Below are positions 41,871-51,599 of a DNA stretch of 64,000 nt, in pieces. Where the stretch lies: contig OY970067.1 of assembly GCA_963705305.1 (NCBI GenBank), forward strand, positions 1,248,001 through 1,312,000, written 5' to 3'. Numbering within the stretch: the first letter of the stretch is position 1; each line of letters opens with the position of its first letter. A model generated the notes under the pieces. The model did no database searches. It had not been told where the DNA came from and was given only the letters and a program-made list of their open reading frames with translations. The position numbers and the translations under genes were made by a program. Origin of the DNA: an uncultured Methylomirabilota bacterium. Its GTDB lineage: Bacteria; Methylomirabilota; Methylomirabilia; Methylomirabilales; 2-02-FULL-66-22.

Positions 41871-43391
41871 CCCTAATCTCCGGCTAAGCGGTGGCCAGCC
41901 GGGCGATCTTGCGCCGCGCCCGGACGAGCAAGGCGTGCTGCAGGGCGCCCGAGAGCCGCAAGAGCGTCCGTCGGGCATGCGCGACGACCTTCCCGACGGT
42001 GTTGAACAGCAGGAACCGGAGACGCTTCGGCCGGGCGGTCCGGAGATCTCCGGGTAAGGTCAACCGCTTGAGCGCGGTGAGCAGGTTGTAGGTGAGCACG
42101 TTCAGCCGGAACCAGGCGGCGTTCGCCCCGAACTTCCCACTGGGCAGCGCGGCGGCCGCCAGCTCGGTCTTGAGGACGTGATGGGTGTGCTCGATGGTCC
42201 CTGCTTTCTCCCGGTGCCACCGGAGGATCGTGAGCCCATCCTCCGGCCGATTGGTGACCACGGCGAAGTACTGCACGCTACTCCCGTCGGCGAAGAGGCT
42301 CCCCTGGCGTCGCTGGATACGCACCGCGAGGTAGCGGCGAACGCACGGCCGCGCCTTCCGGTGATCGCCATCCTCGGGGACGTAGGGGACTTCGGCCCAG
42401 GCCCGGATCGCCTCGGGCTCCTCCCGCTCGAGCTGCCAGGCGGCCGCGGGGAGGCGCCGGATCTCGGCCTGGAGCTGCGCGGACATATCGGCGCTAATCG
42501 CGTAGGCGATTTTCTTCTCCTCGCACCAGCGGAGGACCTCCGTCTCGTAGAGGGCGCTGTCGGCCCGCAGGGAGATGCGGTCCACGCCCTGGGGCAAGTT
42601 GGCCACCGCCTGTTCGAGGACGCGCACGTTGCCGCACCCGGCGGGCACCTGGCCATCGCGGAACTGGTCGTGCACGATGACATCGTGCTCGGCCCAGAGG
42701 ACCACGACGGGCTGGTAGCCCCGGGTCCCGTCGTAGGCCACGGTCGCCGCGTCCTTGTGGCTCTCGACGAGCGTCGCGTCCACATCCAGGGTGGCCGTCG
42801 CCGCCCGGGCCCCGCGCTGGACGCCCGCGACCAGCGTCCGGTTCGCCTGTCCGAGGCCCGCCAAGGGGGCGGACTCCAGGGGGACCGTGGCCGCGGGCCC
42901 GGCCACCCAGAGCGGCCCGTCCTCCACGTGGAAGGCCTCGAGGAAGTCCCGGACCGTGGTCGCGGCCGGCAGGGGGTAGCCGAGCAGCGTGGCCAGGGCC
43001 TGATCCTCCCGGAGCGTCGTGAGGTCCTGGCAGCGGTCCCCGCCGCTCGTCCACAACGCGACGAGACTCTCCACGAGCTGCGAGGGGGGTAATCCGCGCT
43101 GCCGCTGCTTGACCGCAACGTGGGTGTCGACGGCCTGGGCCACCCCGAGCTGGCGGAACAGCTCGATCACGAGCGGGACCCCGGCCCGGCCCGTGACCAG
43201 CGTGGGGTCGATCGCGTCATCGATCTCGAACGGCAACCGGGGCGAGGTGTCGGGCATCGCTCTCCTCCTTGTGGTGTTTGCACCCACTGGGTGAAACCAA
43301 GCAAGGCCGATGCCAACCCCGCGGGCCGCGCGCACTGCGGGCCGCTGCGTGATTCGCGATCCCCCTCAACTTCTTAGCCGGAGATTAGGGG
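41871..43391 (-). mobile_element. IS1380-family element, apparently intact (transposase about 41884-43257)
   Basis: 18-bp perfect IR CCCTAATCTCCGGCTAAG; 4-bp CGCG duplication; LDVDAT, LRADSA and IE..H..LK motifs. Confidence 0.92.
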
Positions 43392-43397
43392 CGCGCC

Positions 43398-44748
43398 TGT
43401 CTTTGCTCAGCAAACTTGTCCGCCCCTAACTGTTCAGCCATTCTGTCCGCTCTCTTACCCATGCAGAGGAGGACAGACGGCACTGACCCCAGAGGAAGGA
43501 CGCCGCTTGCATCTCCTCAATCTGCTCGAGCGGGGGCAGATCACAACCGCCCAGGCGGCCGAGGCGTTGGAGCTCACCCCCCGCCAGATCCGCCGGCTCC
43601 GAGGGACGCTCCGGCAGGCCGGCCCCGCCGGGCTCGCCCACCGGAGTCGGGAGCGACCGGCGCACCATCGTCTCGCCGCCCCGCTGCGCGCCCAGGTGGT
43701 CGCCCTCGCCCGGGGCCGGGACTGCGGGGCTCAACGATGTGCACCTCACCGAGAAGCTCACCACCCTCGAGGGGCTGCCCGTCAGCCGGGCGACGGTCCG
43801 CCGGCTCTTGCGGGCCGCCGGGGTCGCGTCCCCGCGCCGCCGCCGCCCACCCCTCCATCGCCGTCGCCGGGCCCGCCGGGCCCAGGCCGGGCTCCTGTGC
43901 CAGCTCGACGGCAGCCCCGACGCGTGGTTTGGCTCCGCCCAGCCCGTCTGCAGCCTCCTGGGGGCCATCGACGACGCGACAGGGACCCTCCTCGCGGCCA
44001 CCTTCCGGGCCCAGGAGGATGCGGCGGGCGCCCTGACCCTCCTCCGCACCCTCGGCCAGACGGTGGGGCTGCCGGCGGCCGTGGCCACCGACCAGCACGG
44101 GATCTTCCTCCGGAACGATGCCCACTGGACGCTCGCCGAGGAACTCCAGGGCCACCAGGACCCGACGCAGGTCGGCCCCGCGCTCGCCACGCTCGCGATT
44201 GCCCACCTCGTGGCCCAGAGCCCCCAAGCGAAGGGGCGGATCGAGCGGCTCTGGAACACCCTGCAGGACCGCCTGGTGGCGGAGCTCCGGCTCGCGGGGA
44301 TCACGACGCTCACGGCCGGGGCCACCTTCCTCGCCACCACGTTCCTGCCCGCTTTCACCGCCCAGTTCGCCGTCCCCCCCACGATGGCCGCGAGCGCGGA
44401 CCCGCCCGGCCCCCCGGGGCTGGGATCTGGCCCGCATCTGGGCGTTCCATTACGCGCGGGCCGTGGCCGGGGACAACACAATCCGCGTCGAGGAGGTCCG
44501 CCTCCAACTCCTGCCGGGGCCCGGGCGCCGCAGCTACGCGAAGGCCGCGGCCGATGTCGTCCAGTGCCTCGACGGGTCGTGGCGCGTCTACATCCGCGAC
44601 CGGCTCGTGGCCATCACCCCCGCACCGGCGGACCCTGGGCAATTGCGGGCGCGGCGGCGCCGGTGACGTCTCCGGTTCCCTGGCTCCGGCCCTCGGGGCA
44701 GACATTTTTGCTGACCAGTTAGGCGGACATTATCGCTGAGCAGCGACA
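43398..44748 (+). mobile_element. IS1202-group (ISNCY) element, frameshifted transposase, 16-bp direct repeat
   Basis: TGT-starting long IRs with internal repeats; QLDGS..W, IDDATG, SPQAKGRIERLW.TLQDRL; DR GACAACGTATCGCGCC at 41857-72 and 44749-64. Confidence 0.82.
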
Positions 44749-44934
44749 GACAACGTATCGCGCCTGTAGTAGATGCTCAGTGAATTTGTCCTGTCCTTCC
44801 TGAATACTGGTAATTACTATCGCGGTTGATCTTTCCCACGATCTGCTGCAAGCTGCCCGCCTCTGATCATTCCCTCTTGGATGAATTTCGGGAGGGAGAT
44901 GTCTTACGATGGGTTAGAGGTGGTAAATTTCGGA

Positions 44935-45103
44935 GTGGCGGTTCCGGTGGCGGCTCGATAACAGTGCCAGAAATGCGTACTTCGTCATTGCCCGCGGACC
45001 GCATTCTGGCGGTTGTCAACCGCTAGGGCACTGTTTCTGACACTAGTAAATCGAGGAGTTGGGAGTCTTCTCGGGGCGGGGTGGCGGTTTCGGTGGCGGT
45101 TCG
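44935..45103. other. attP-like junction: arm repeats - palindromic core - arm repeats
   Basis: GTGGCGGTTCCGGTGGCGGCTCG (44935-57); core CTGGCGGTTGTCAACCGCTAG (45006-26) resembling the tRNA-Asn anticodon arm; GTGGCGGTTTCGGTGGCGGTTCG (45081-103). Confidence 0.65.
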
Positions 45104-45120
45104 ATTCGCAGTCCGGGCGT

Positions 45121-45834
45121 CTACACCCCCGACACCCCCGCTTCCACCATCTGCCGGAGGCGCTTGAGAATGACCACCAGACGCGCCTGGCTCGCCGTAT
45201 CCGGGGGAAGATGGGCGGGGAGGGCTTCGACGAACAGAGGGGTTGCCAGGAGCGTTGCCAAACGCCTACCGAGGAATTGGCGAAGCTCGGGATTGGCCTG
45301 CGCAACCTCGTCAATGATCTCGGCCCGGCCATCGATGAGCGTAACAATGTCCTCAAGATCGCGGCTAGCGAGATAGTCCCCGCCACCGCGCCCGGCCAAA
45401 GCTTCCAGCTTCGTGGCCAGGAAGTATGGGGCCGTCACAGCACGGATCTGCTCGCCGCCCGGGAGGACGATCGCCTGTGCATTGATGAGGGCCGGCCGGT
45501 ACCACCGATTGCCGAAGCCCAACACACGCTCGTCCGTCGGCATGATATCGAGAATGATCTCCGACGCTCGCCACCGGCAGAGAGGGGCACTCGGCGTTCG
45601 GTCCTCAACGAAGCCGGCCGTCCGAAGCTCGCCTGCCAGCTGATAGTACTCCGCCAGCGACCCCACCTCGGTGATGACGTCGACATCCCGTGTGGGACGG
45701 ACCTCGGGAGCCGCCGGATCGGTCAGGAGGAGGGCTGTCGCGCAGCCGCCCAAAAAGACCATGCGATCAACAAGGGGTCCAAGGTGGGCCACAGCCCGGG
45801 CGATGAGGACCAGGTTCGGATCAGTCGGCCGCAT
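45121..45834 (-). CDS. Nucleotidyltransferase, AbiEii-like toxin
   Basis: VFLGG...RPT.DVD...F.ATKLEA...R....S.D.EDI motifs; start overlaps the stop of the upstream gene. Confidence 0.8.
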   Translation of the reverse strand: MRPTDPNLVLIARAVAHLGPLVDRMVFLGGCATALLLTDPAAPEVRPTRDVDVITEVGSLAEYYQLAGELRTAGFVEDRTPSAPLCRWRASEIILDIMPTDERVLGFGNRWYRPALINAQAIVLPGGEQIRAVTAPYFLATKLEALAGRGGGDYLASRDLEDIVTLIDGRAEIIDEVAQANPELRQFLGRRLATLLATPLFVEALPAHLPPDTASQARLVVILKRLRQMVEAGVSGV

Positions 45835-46351
45835 CTGAGGCCTGGAGTCGTTCCTCGAGGAGCCGCACGGCCAGCGCCCGCTCGCGGGCCCCGCTCCCGC
45901 GCACTGCGTCCACCAGCACCAGGAGCTCGTAGAGCTTCGGATCCTTGCGCGCCGCCCGGGGTGCCGCCTTGTACAGGGGGGAAAAGGCAAGCCCGCGCAC
46001 CTCACCCTCCGGGTCCGGCCACACCGGGGGGAGATCGCTCGACGGCGCCAGCTCGTCACGGAGCGGCGGCGCGGCGTAGGCGGTTGGCATTCCGCGAGTC
46101 GGCGCGCCGCGCTCGGGGACGAACGCATACTGCACGCCGTGAGTGAGAAACTCCTTGAGGGCGGAAGTGACGGGGGCGACAAGGTCGTCACGGGGCGTGG
46201 CGAGACGCGCCGCCACCGCCCGCTTCACCGCCGCATGGACTTCCGACGGACTCATGCCCAGGTCGGCAGCGAGCCCGTTGTAGCTCCATCGCGCTCGACC
46301 GAGCGAAACGAGCTTGAGGAGGACAAGCACGTCTTGCGGTTTGAGAACCAT
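45821..46351 (-). CDS. HTH protein, putative cognate antitoxin (AbiEi-like)
   Basis: LKPQD..VLLKL...LA..LGMS.SEV wHTH; HG.QY.F and LY.LL.LVDA.R.G..RER; coupled to the NTase gene. Confidence 0.75.
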   Translation of the reverse strand: MVLKPQDVLVLLKLVSLGRARWSYNGLAADLGMSPSEVHAAVKRAVAARLATPRDDLVAPVTSALKEFLTHGVQYAFVPERGAPTRGMPTAYAAPPLRDELAPSSDLPPVWPDPEGEVRGLAFSPLYKAAPRAARKDPKLYELLVLVDAVRGSGARERALAVRLLEERLQASDAAD

Positions 46352-46939
46352 CGGGCTGTTCTCCATTCGCGAATAGAGAATACACCAGCCATGCTCTGAG
46401 GTGAACAGAAAAAGAGCGACCCGCCCAGGTAATTGCAAGATCCTCGACAGACCTACTGGATGGTGGCAGCGCGGGTGGCGGTCCATGAACTTCCCTCCTC
46501 TCAGACTATCAAACACCAATTGTTCCGATGACGTGAATGGATGTAATAACAGACAGTTGCCACATTGCGGTAGCAACGATAGCTGCCTTACTACGCCTAT
46601 ATCGTAACTGGACTGGTTTTCCCATCCATCCACTATGCTTGGGAGAAAACCGAAGGCTGAGGGTCTGAATCTTACTCGCGGACCCTGCGGGTTTCCAAGT
46701 TCCGCCTTGTTCTTCGCGTTAGCCTTTGTGCATACTTGTGTTGCCGGGGCAACAAAAGGCTGTCTTGCGGGCGCGCGTTGGCGCGTACCTCCGGCAACGA
46801 TCCGTCAGGATCTCAATTTGCATGGCGACCAGACCGGAGGGTCAGGGGATGAGCCGCAGTTGCTATGTTTCTACACAGTTGCCTTTGTGCTGGATGTCGC
46901 CAGTTGTGACGATATGCTTCCTCCTGCTATTCTATCGTC

Positions 46940-47437
46940 ATGCAGCACAAAGCGAAGCAGGAGTTGGCGATCTCCAAAGGGCAGGCAATGGGGCTCTGCT
47001 GGTTGCTGCAACAGCCCCTCGGATCGGGCGGGGAGGTCCTTGCGGGGCTCACGCGGACGCTGGCCTTTAGCAGGCCACTGAGCGGCACAGAATGGTCCGC
47101 GGTGCCACCCGCGGACCGGGAGCGGGAGACGCGGGCCTTTCACCAGCGGGTGCTGCGACTCTTCAGCAAGGGCATCCCGATTCGCTGCCCGGTCGTGGCG
47201 AGGGTGTCGCCCACCGCACGGGGGCTGAAGGTCGAACGGTTCCGGGACGCGAAGGCGCGGGATCAGGGGCTGCTGCAGCTGCTGGAGGCCCGAGGCAGCC
47301 GCCTGCGCCGATGCCGGCTCTGCGAGTCATGGTTCTGGCGGGAGCGCAAGCGCGAGTACTGCGAGCCCTGCTTTCAGTCGGGCACGGCTCGCAGCAAGGT
47401 CCACCGGGCGAAAGCGAAGGCGGCGCAGGCAGGCTGA
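46940..47437 (+). CDS. Hypothetical protein with C-terminal CGNR-like zinc finger
   Basis: RLRRCRLC..WF......EYC..C followed by a basic tail. Confidence 0.55.
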   Translation: MQHKAKQELAISKGQAMGLCWLLQQPLGSGGEVLAGLTRTLAFSRPLSGTEWSAVPPADRERETRAFHQRVLRLFSKGIPIRCPVVARVSPTARGLKVERFRDAKARDQGLLQLLEARGSRLRRCRLCESWFWRERKREYCEPCFQSGTARSKVHRAKAKAAQAG

Positions 47438-47527
47438 GGCGAGACAATCTCCATGGCGCTGGGGAAAGGGGAGCGAATCTTTCCGCCGAGCGCCGTGGAG
47501 CAACGCAAGCGCCGGGCATAGCCCCCC

Positions 47528-48694
47528 TCACGCCATCTTCCTGCGCTGTCCCCGCTGCTTCTGACACGCCATGCAGAACGTCGCACCGGCGAAGAACCGC
47601 CGGGAGTACTCCGCAATGCGCTGGCTCACCTGGCTGCCACAGGAGCCGCAGCGCAGGGAAATCTCTGCCGGCTTGGCCGGAGCGGGGGGCTGGGGTGCGC
47701 TGGCAGTCTCGGCCTGGAGCATTGCCTCCGTTGTGGGCGTTGACGACTCGGGGATCCTCGGCTGGGTCTCGCCGGGAGTCGTCGCCGCTTTTGGGGCCGG
47801 CGCAGGGGGCGAAGTGACGCATTCGGGAAGCACGGCGCCTGTAGTGGCCGACTGCTCGTCCATGGTAAGAACACTGGACACGGTGCCGGCCGCGGGCGTG
47901 CTACCGGGGGCCCGGTTGGACGCGGCGGGGGCACCATGGATGATTGCATCGGGACTCACCGGGGCGAGAGTGTCCTCCGGCACGGCCACGTCGAAGGGAA
48001 TCGGCGGCGGCAGGGCCTTGTAGCGAACGATAGCCTCGGGGGACCCATCCCACTCGATCTGCAGGAGGTAGTGCGTCTTCTTCGTGCCCTCGCAGGAGAT
48101 GACGCAGGCTTCCCGGCGAATGGTGAGAGGGATGCCGCTGATCCGCCCGGCGGTATTCCGCAGATGGGCGAGGACCCCCAAGATGCGGGTGGCGTTGTGG
48201 ATGGAGCCCGTGTCAATCTGGTAGACCCCGGCGGCGTTCACCTTCGGGATGGAGAGCATGAGGTGTGCCTTGAGGCTACACTCCTTCGTCTGCAGCCGGT
48301 TGCAGGGGCAGGGCACCGTGACCTGGGTGTTGGGGGGATGGTTCCCCCGGATCGCGGCGCGCTGCTCCGGGTCGCAGTCGGCCCAGCGGCGGGTGGCCTG
48401 CTCGTTGTTCCCCTTGCAGCGGACGCCGCCCGCCCCGTACCACTTGAGCGAACAGTCGAAGACCCGGGTGAGGTCCTCGGTGGGGAAGTACACATCGGTG
48501 AGGGTGGTGGGGCTGTCGCCGAAGACGCGCTTGAGGTCCCCCCGCGTGTCGTCGAGGACGAACGTGTTGGTCTCGACGGGGCGGCTCTTGCCGGTGCTCG
48601 TGGGCGCCTTGACGCCCAGGCGGATCTTCCCGAGGCGGGGGAGGTGCGGGCGGAGCCCCTTGATCCCGGTGAAGTGACGCGGAAACGTCTGCAT
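47528..48694 (-). CDS. Phage recombination protein (Gp3-like/RDF family) with C-terminal Zn ribbon
   Basis: LPRLGKIRLG, C.G, CPC...C...L, GVYQIDTGS..; Pro/Ala linker; C..C...C..CQ tail; AAGGAG SD. Confidence 0.65.
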   Translation of the reverse strand: MQTFPRHFTGIKGLRPHLPRLGKIRLGVKAPTSTGKSRPVETNTFVLDDTRGDLKRVFGDSPTTLTDVYFPTEDLTRVFDCSLKWYGAGGVRCKGNNEQATRRWADCDPEQRAAIRGNHPPNTQVTVPCPCNRLQTKECSLKAHLMLSIPKVNAAGVYQIDTGSIHNATRILGVLAHLRNTAGRISGIPLTIRREACVISCEGTKKTHYLLQIEWDGSPEAIVRYKALPPPIPFDVAVPEDTLAPVSPDAIIHGAPAASNRAPGSTPAAGTVSSVLTMDEQSATTGAVLPECVTSPPAPAPKAATTPGETQPRIPESSTPTTEAMLQAETASAPQPPAPAKPAEISLRCGSCGSQVSQRIAEYSRRFFAGATFCMACQKQRGQRRKMA

Positions 48695-49028
48695 GGCGGA
48701 CTCCTTGCGGTGAGAGGGAGGTGGATTCCTCAGGGGCAATTGCTATTCCCTGGTTCTTGCGGTGGCGCGCAAGAACCACGAGTCAAACTTCTCAGGGGAA
48801 TCAATATCGCGCTCCCTTGGATTCACGCAGGGCGCGGGCGGTGCCCGAAACCCAAGGGTGGCAAGTTGGCAAGTTTGGTCGGGTGAAGGTTGATCGTCGA
48901 AGCGACGGCGGCCCGCCCCTGGACGCTCGAGGTCGGGGGAAGCTCTTGATCGGTCGCCTGCGGGGAGGTGCCCTGAGGGGCCCGGGCACCTGGCGCGATG
49001 AGACCCGCTTCTTCGCCGGGTGACGCCG

Positions 49029-50180
49029 TCAGGGGCTGGAAACCAGCTGGGGTGCGGGGGCGACCTTGACGGGATCGACCTTGAGGATCTCGACGGTCTT
49101 GGGGATCGTCGCTGCGCGGCGGATGGGGGCCGGGATGAGATCCTCGTTCAGGATCTCGCGGTGCTGGAGCACGACCTTGGCGACGTGGCCGCCGCCGAGG
49201 CCGCTCTTGGCGCCGGCGGCCTCCAGGGCGCCGAGGATCACGGGGCGGAGCCGCTTCGTGGTGGCCTCCGCCTGTGACTTCGCGCGGCTGGCCGTGTAGT
49301 AGTCGGCGAGGAGAGCGGCGAGTTCGTCGTCGAGTTTTGCGGACGGCGTGCGAGCCGCGACCTCCTGGTCGTAGGCGGCCCAGCACAATTTCCCCCAGCG
49401 GCAATAGCTGCAGCGCCACGAGTCGGCGCGGTAGGGACGGACCGGGAGGGTGCGGTGGGCGGCGTACGCCTCCACGGCCTCGAACTTGGCGACGGCCCCG
49501 GTGAAGACGCCGTCAAACACCTCGCCGGAGGCGTGGTAGGTCCCCTCGCTGGCGATGACCTCGAGGATGGTGACGCTGTCGCTGACGGCGTCGTACTGGA
49601 TCCGAAACTCGACGTACTGGGCGGTGTTCTTGTTCTTGATGAGCAGGATCGCCTCGCGAATGGCTTGCCTCGCCTGCTTGAGCCCGCGGAGGTAGCAGCA
49701 GCACTGAGCGACGTAGTCCATCGGGGGGACGCCCGCGAGGGCCTCCTGGAAGCTGAAGTGGTTGATCGCCTTCAGCTCCAGGAGGCGGGTGACGCCGAGG
49801 AGGTCATCGACGAGGGCGTCGATGTGGCCGTGCATGCGGTCGGGCGGGATGTATTCGCCGCAGACAGTGCAGATGAAGCCCTCGCCGATGGGGTGCGGGA
49901 GGAGGATGTCCACGGGGAACTGGCGACCATGGACGATGACGGCCGCCTTCTCCAGCCACTTGATGGTGAGATCCTCGTGGATCTTGCCGTCGTCGAAGAC
50001 CAAGAGAACCCGGCCCGGGAGGGGTGCGGCAGGCGTGTCGAGGCGGTGGTAGACCATCTGCCGGATGCACCGCCCCGGATTGTCGGGCCCGCTGGGACTG
50101 GCCATGGACGGACGCGGGTGGTACGGCTGCTCGTCGTCTTGGGTGGCCTGGGCGACTTTGTGGATGACATCGGCAAGCAT
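49029..50180 (-). CDS. Cas4-like PD-(D/E)xK exonuclease (phage type, not CRISPR-linked)
   Basis: RPS....C.RQ..Y, G...H, GHIDA, LLELK, Q...Y and CSYC.....C motifs; GAGGAG SD. Confidence 0.8.
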   Translation of the reverse strand: MLADVIHKVAQATQDDEQPYHPRPSMASPSGPDNPGRCIRQMVYHRLDTPAAPLPGRVLLVFDDGKIHEDLTIKWLEKAAVIVHGRQFPVDILLPHPIGEGFICTVCGEYIPPDRMHGHIDALVDDLLGVTRLLELKAINHFSFQEALAGVPPMDYVAQCCCYLRGLKQARQAIREAILLIKNKNTAQYVEFRIQYDAVSDSVTILEVIASEGTYHASGEVFDGVFTGAVAKFEAVEAYAAHRTLPVRPYRADSWRCSYCRWGKLCWAAYDQEVAARTPSAKLDDELAALLADYYTASRAKSQAEATTKRLRPVILGALEAAGAKSGLGGGHVAKVVLQHREILNEDLIPAPIRRAATIPKTVEILKVDPVKVAPAPQLVSSP

Positions 50181-50666
50181 ACAGGGCTCCTCGGTGAGGG
50201 GTTCACCGGGGACAGCGGCCATCCTATCGCGCGGCGGAGCCGCAGGGGATCGGGTAAGTTGTCGGAGTGCATAGGCGAGGTCCAAGCCGAGCCGACGAAT
50301 CTCTCCTAACATTGGATGTTTCGGAGGCGCGAACATACCCGACACGCCTAGACCAGTTACCAGCAATTACCGGCCGATGCCGGGGAGGACGGTACCACGA
50401 CTCGAACGGGCATTCCGGTTCTCGTGACCCTCCGATGATCCGCGGCCAATTGACCTCTCTGTCTCGCACGCGGACTTCACGAACTCCGTCCCGACCGCCA
50501 ACTGGACCAGCAAATGCGAAAACGCTCAACCAGCGTTGACGCTCCGAGGGTTCTCCTTTCGCCGTGCCCCACCTTGACTTTCCCCTGCGCAGTGATAGTG
50601 TTTCTCGTGAATCGCGCGAAGGCATGGCATCGTCCACAATATGTCAGGGCGAGTCGGGCGCTCGGG

Positions 50667-51461
50667 ATGGCGATCTCGGATAAGGCTCGGAAGATTCTCT
50701 GGGGGCGGTCAGGTAACCGGTGCGCAATGTGCCGGCGCGAGTTGGTCGTCGCCGCAACCTCTGCAGACGACGATTCCGTAGTCGGCGATGAGTGCCATAT
50801 CGTCTCCGCGGCCGGTCAGGGTCCACGGCACGATCCAGCGTTCCCGGAGAATTGCCTCGACGAACCTGCGAATCTGATCTTGCTCTGCCGCGTGCACCAC
50901 AAGATGGTGGACGATCAGCATGAGACCTACACGGCGGAAGTGCTTCGAACAATGAAGGCAAACCATGAAAGGTGGGTGGCGTCCACGCTGACCGAGGGAA
51001 AGGTCATAGCTCCGGTCCGCGTGCGGCGCTTGAAGGAGAATATCCCAAGCCATTTCGTGCGGCTCACATCGGGCCGGGATCTCTTTGCAGTTGTCGATGG
51101 CGCGTCCGGGTACGCTTTTCAGCACGACGAGCCAGCGTCGGAGGCAGAGGCACAACTTCTCGCCAGCTTCCTCCAGGAGATGCAAGACTACGGCGAATTA
51201 TCGAGTGACCTGGAAGCTGGAGACCGCGTCCAGGCAGCCTTCAGGTTGAGTGCTCTACTAGAGAACATCGAGCAGGCAGGCTTCTGGGTGTTCGGCGGAG
51301 GGGAGGTCCGGCGGCTTGAGGGCGGAGGCACCGCACCATCCCCATTTCCCGTCGCCATCCTCCAAGTGTTGCGCAAGGACAACCCTGAGATCCTCAGGGT
51401 GGATCTCAGGTCGGCGCCCGGTCAGGATCCCGAGGTGGTGCGGCATACGGTGCAGAGGTAA
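50667..51461 (+). CDS. HNH endonuclease domain protein
   Basis: K.LWGRSGNRCA.C...CHI....GPR....NLILLC..HH..VD at the N-terminus; unknown C-terminal domain. Confidence 0.85.
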   Translation: MAISDKARKILWGRSGNRCAMCRRELVVAATSADDDSVVGDECHIVSAAGQGPRHDPAFPENCLDEPANLILLCRVHHKMVDDQHETYTAEVLRTMKANHERWVASTLTEGKVIAPVRVRRLKENIPSHFVRLTSGRDLFAVVDGASGYAFQHDEPASEAEAQLLASFLQEMQDYGELSSDLEAGDRVQAAFRLSALLENIEQAGFWVFGGGEVRRLEGGGTAPSPFPVAILQVLRKDNPEILRVDLRSAPGQDPEVVRHTVQR

Positions 51462-51599
51462 CGACTTGCAGGCGAGCCGCCTGCCTACAACTTAGCTACC
51501 GGCTTTGCTTGCCTCGTACAAGAGGCGTCTGATACAGGGAACGATGCCCGACAAGGCCGGCCCCGGCGGCGCGCCGGGCGGACCGACATTGCTTTCGAG

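Noticed and set aside
49029..50180. CRISPR-Cas locus suggested by the Cas4-like gene
   Set aside because: No repeat-spacer array or other cas genes found; the context is phage-type recombination.
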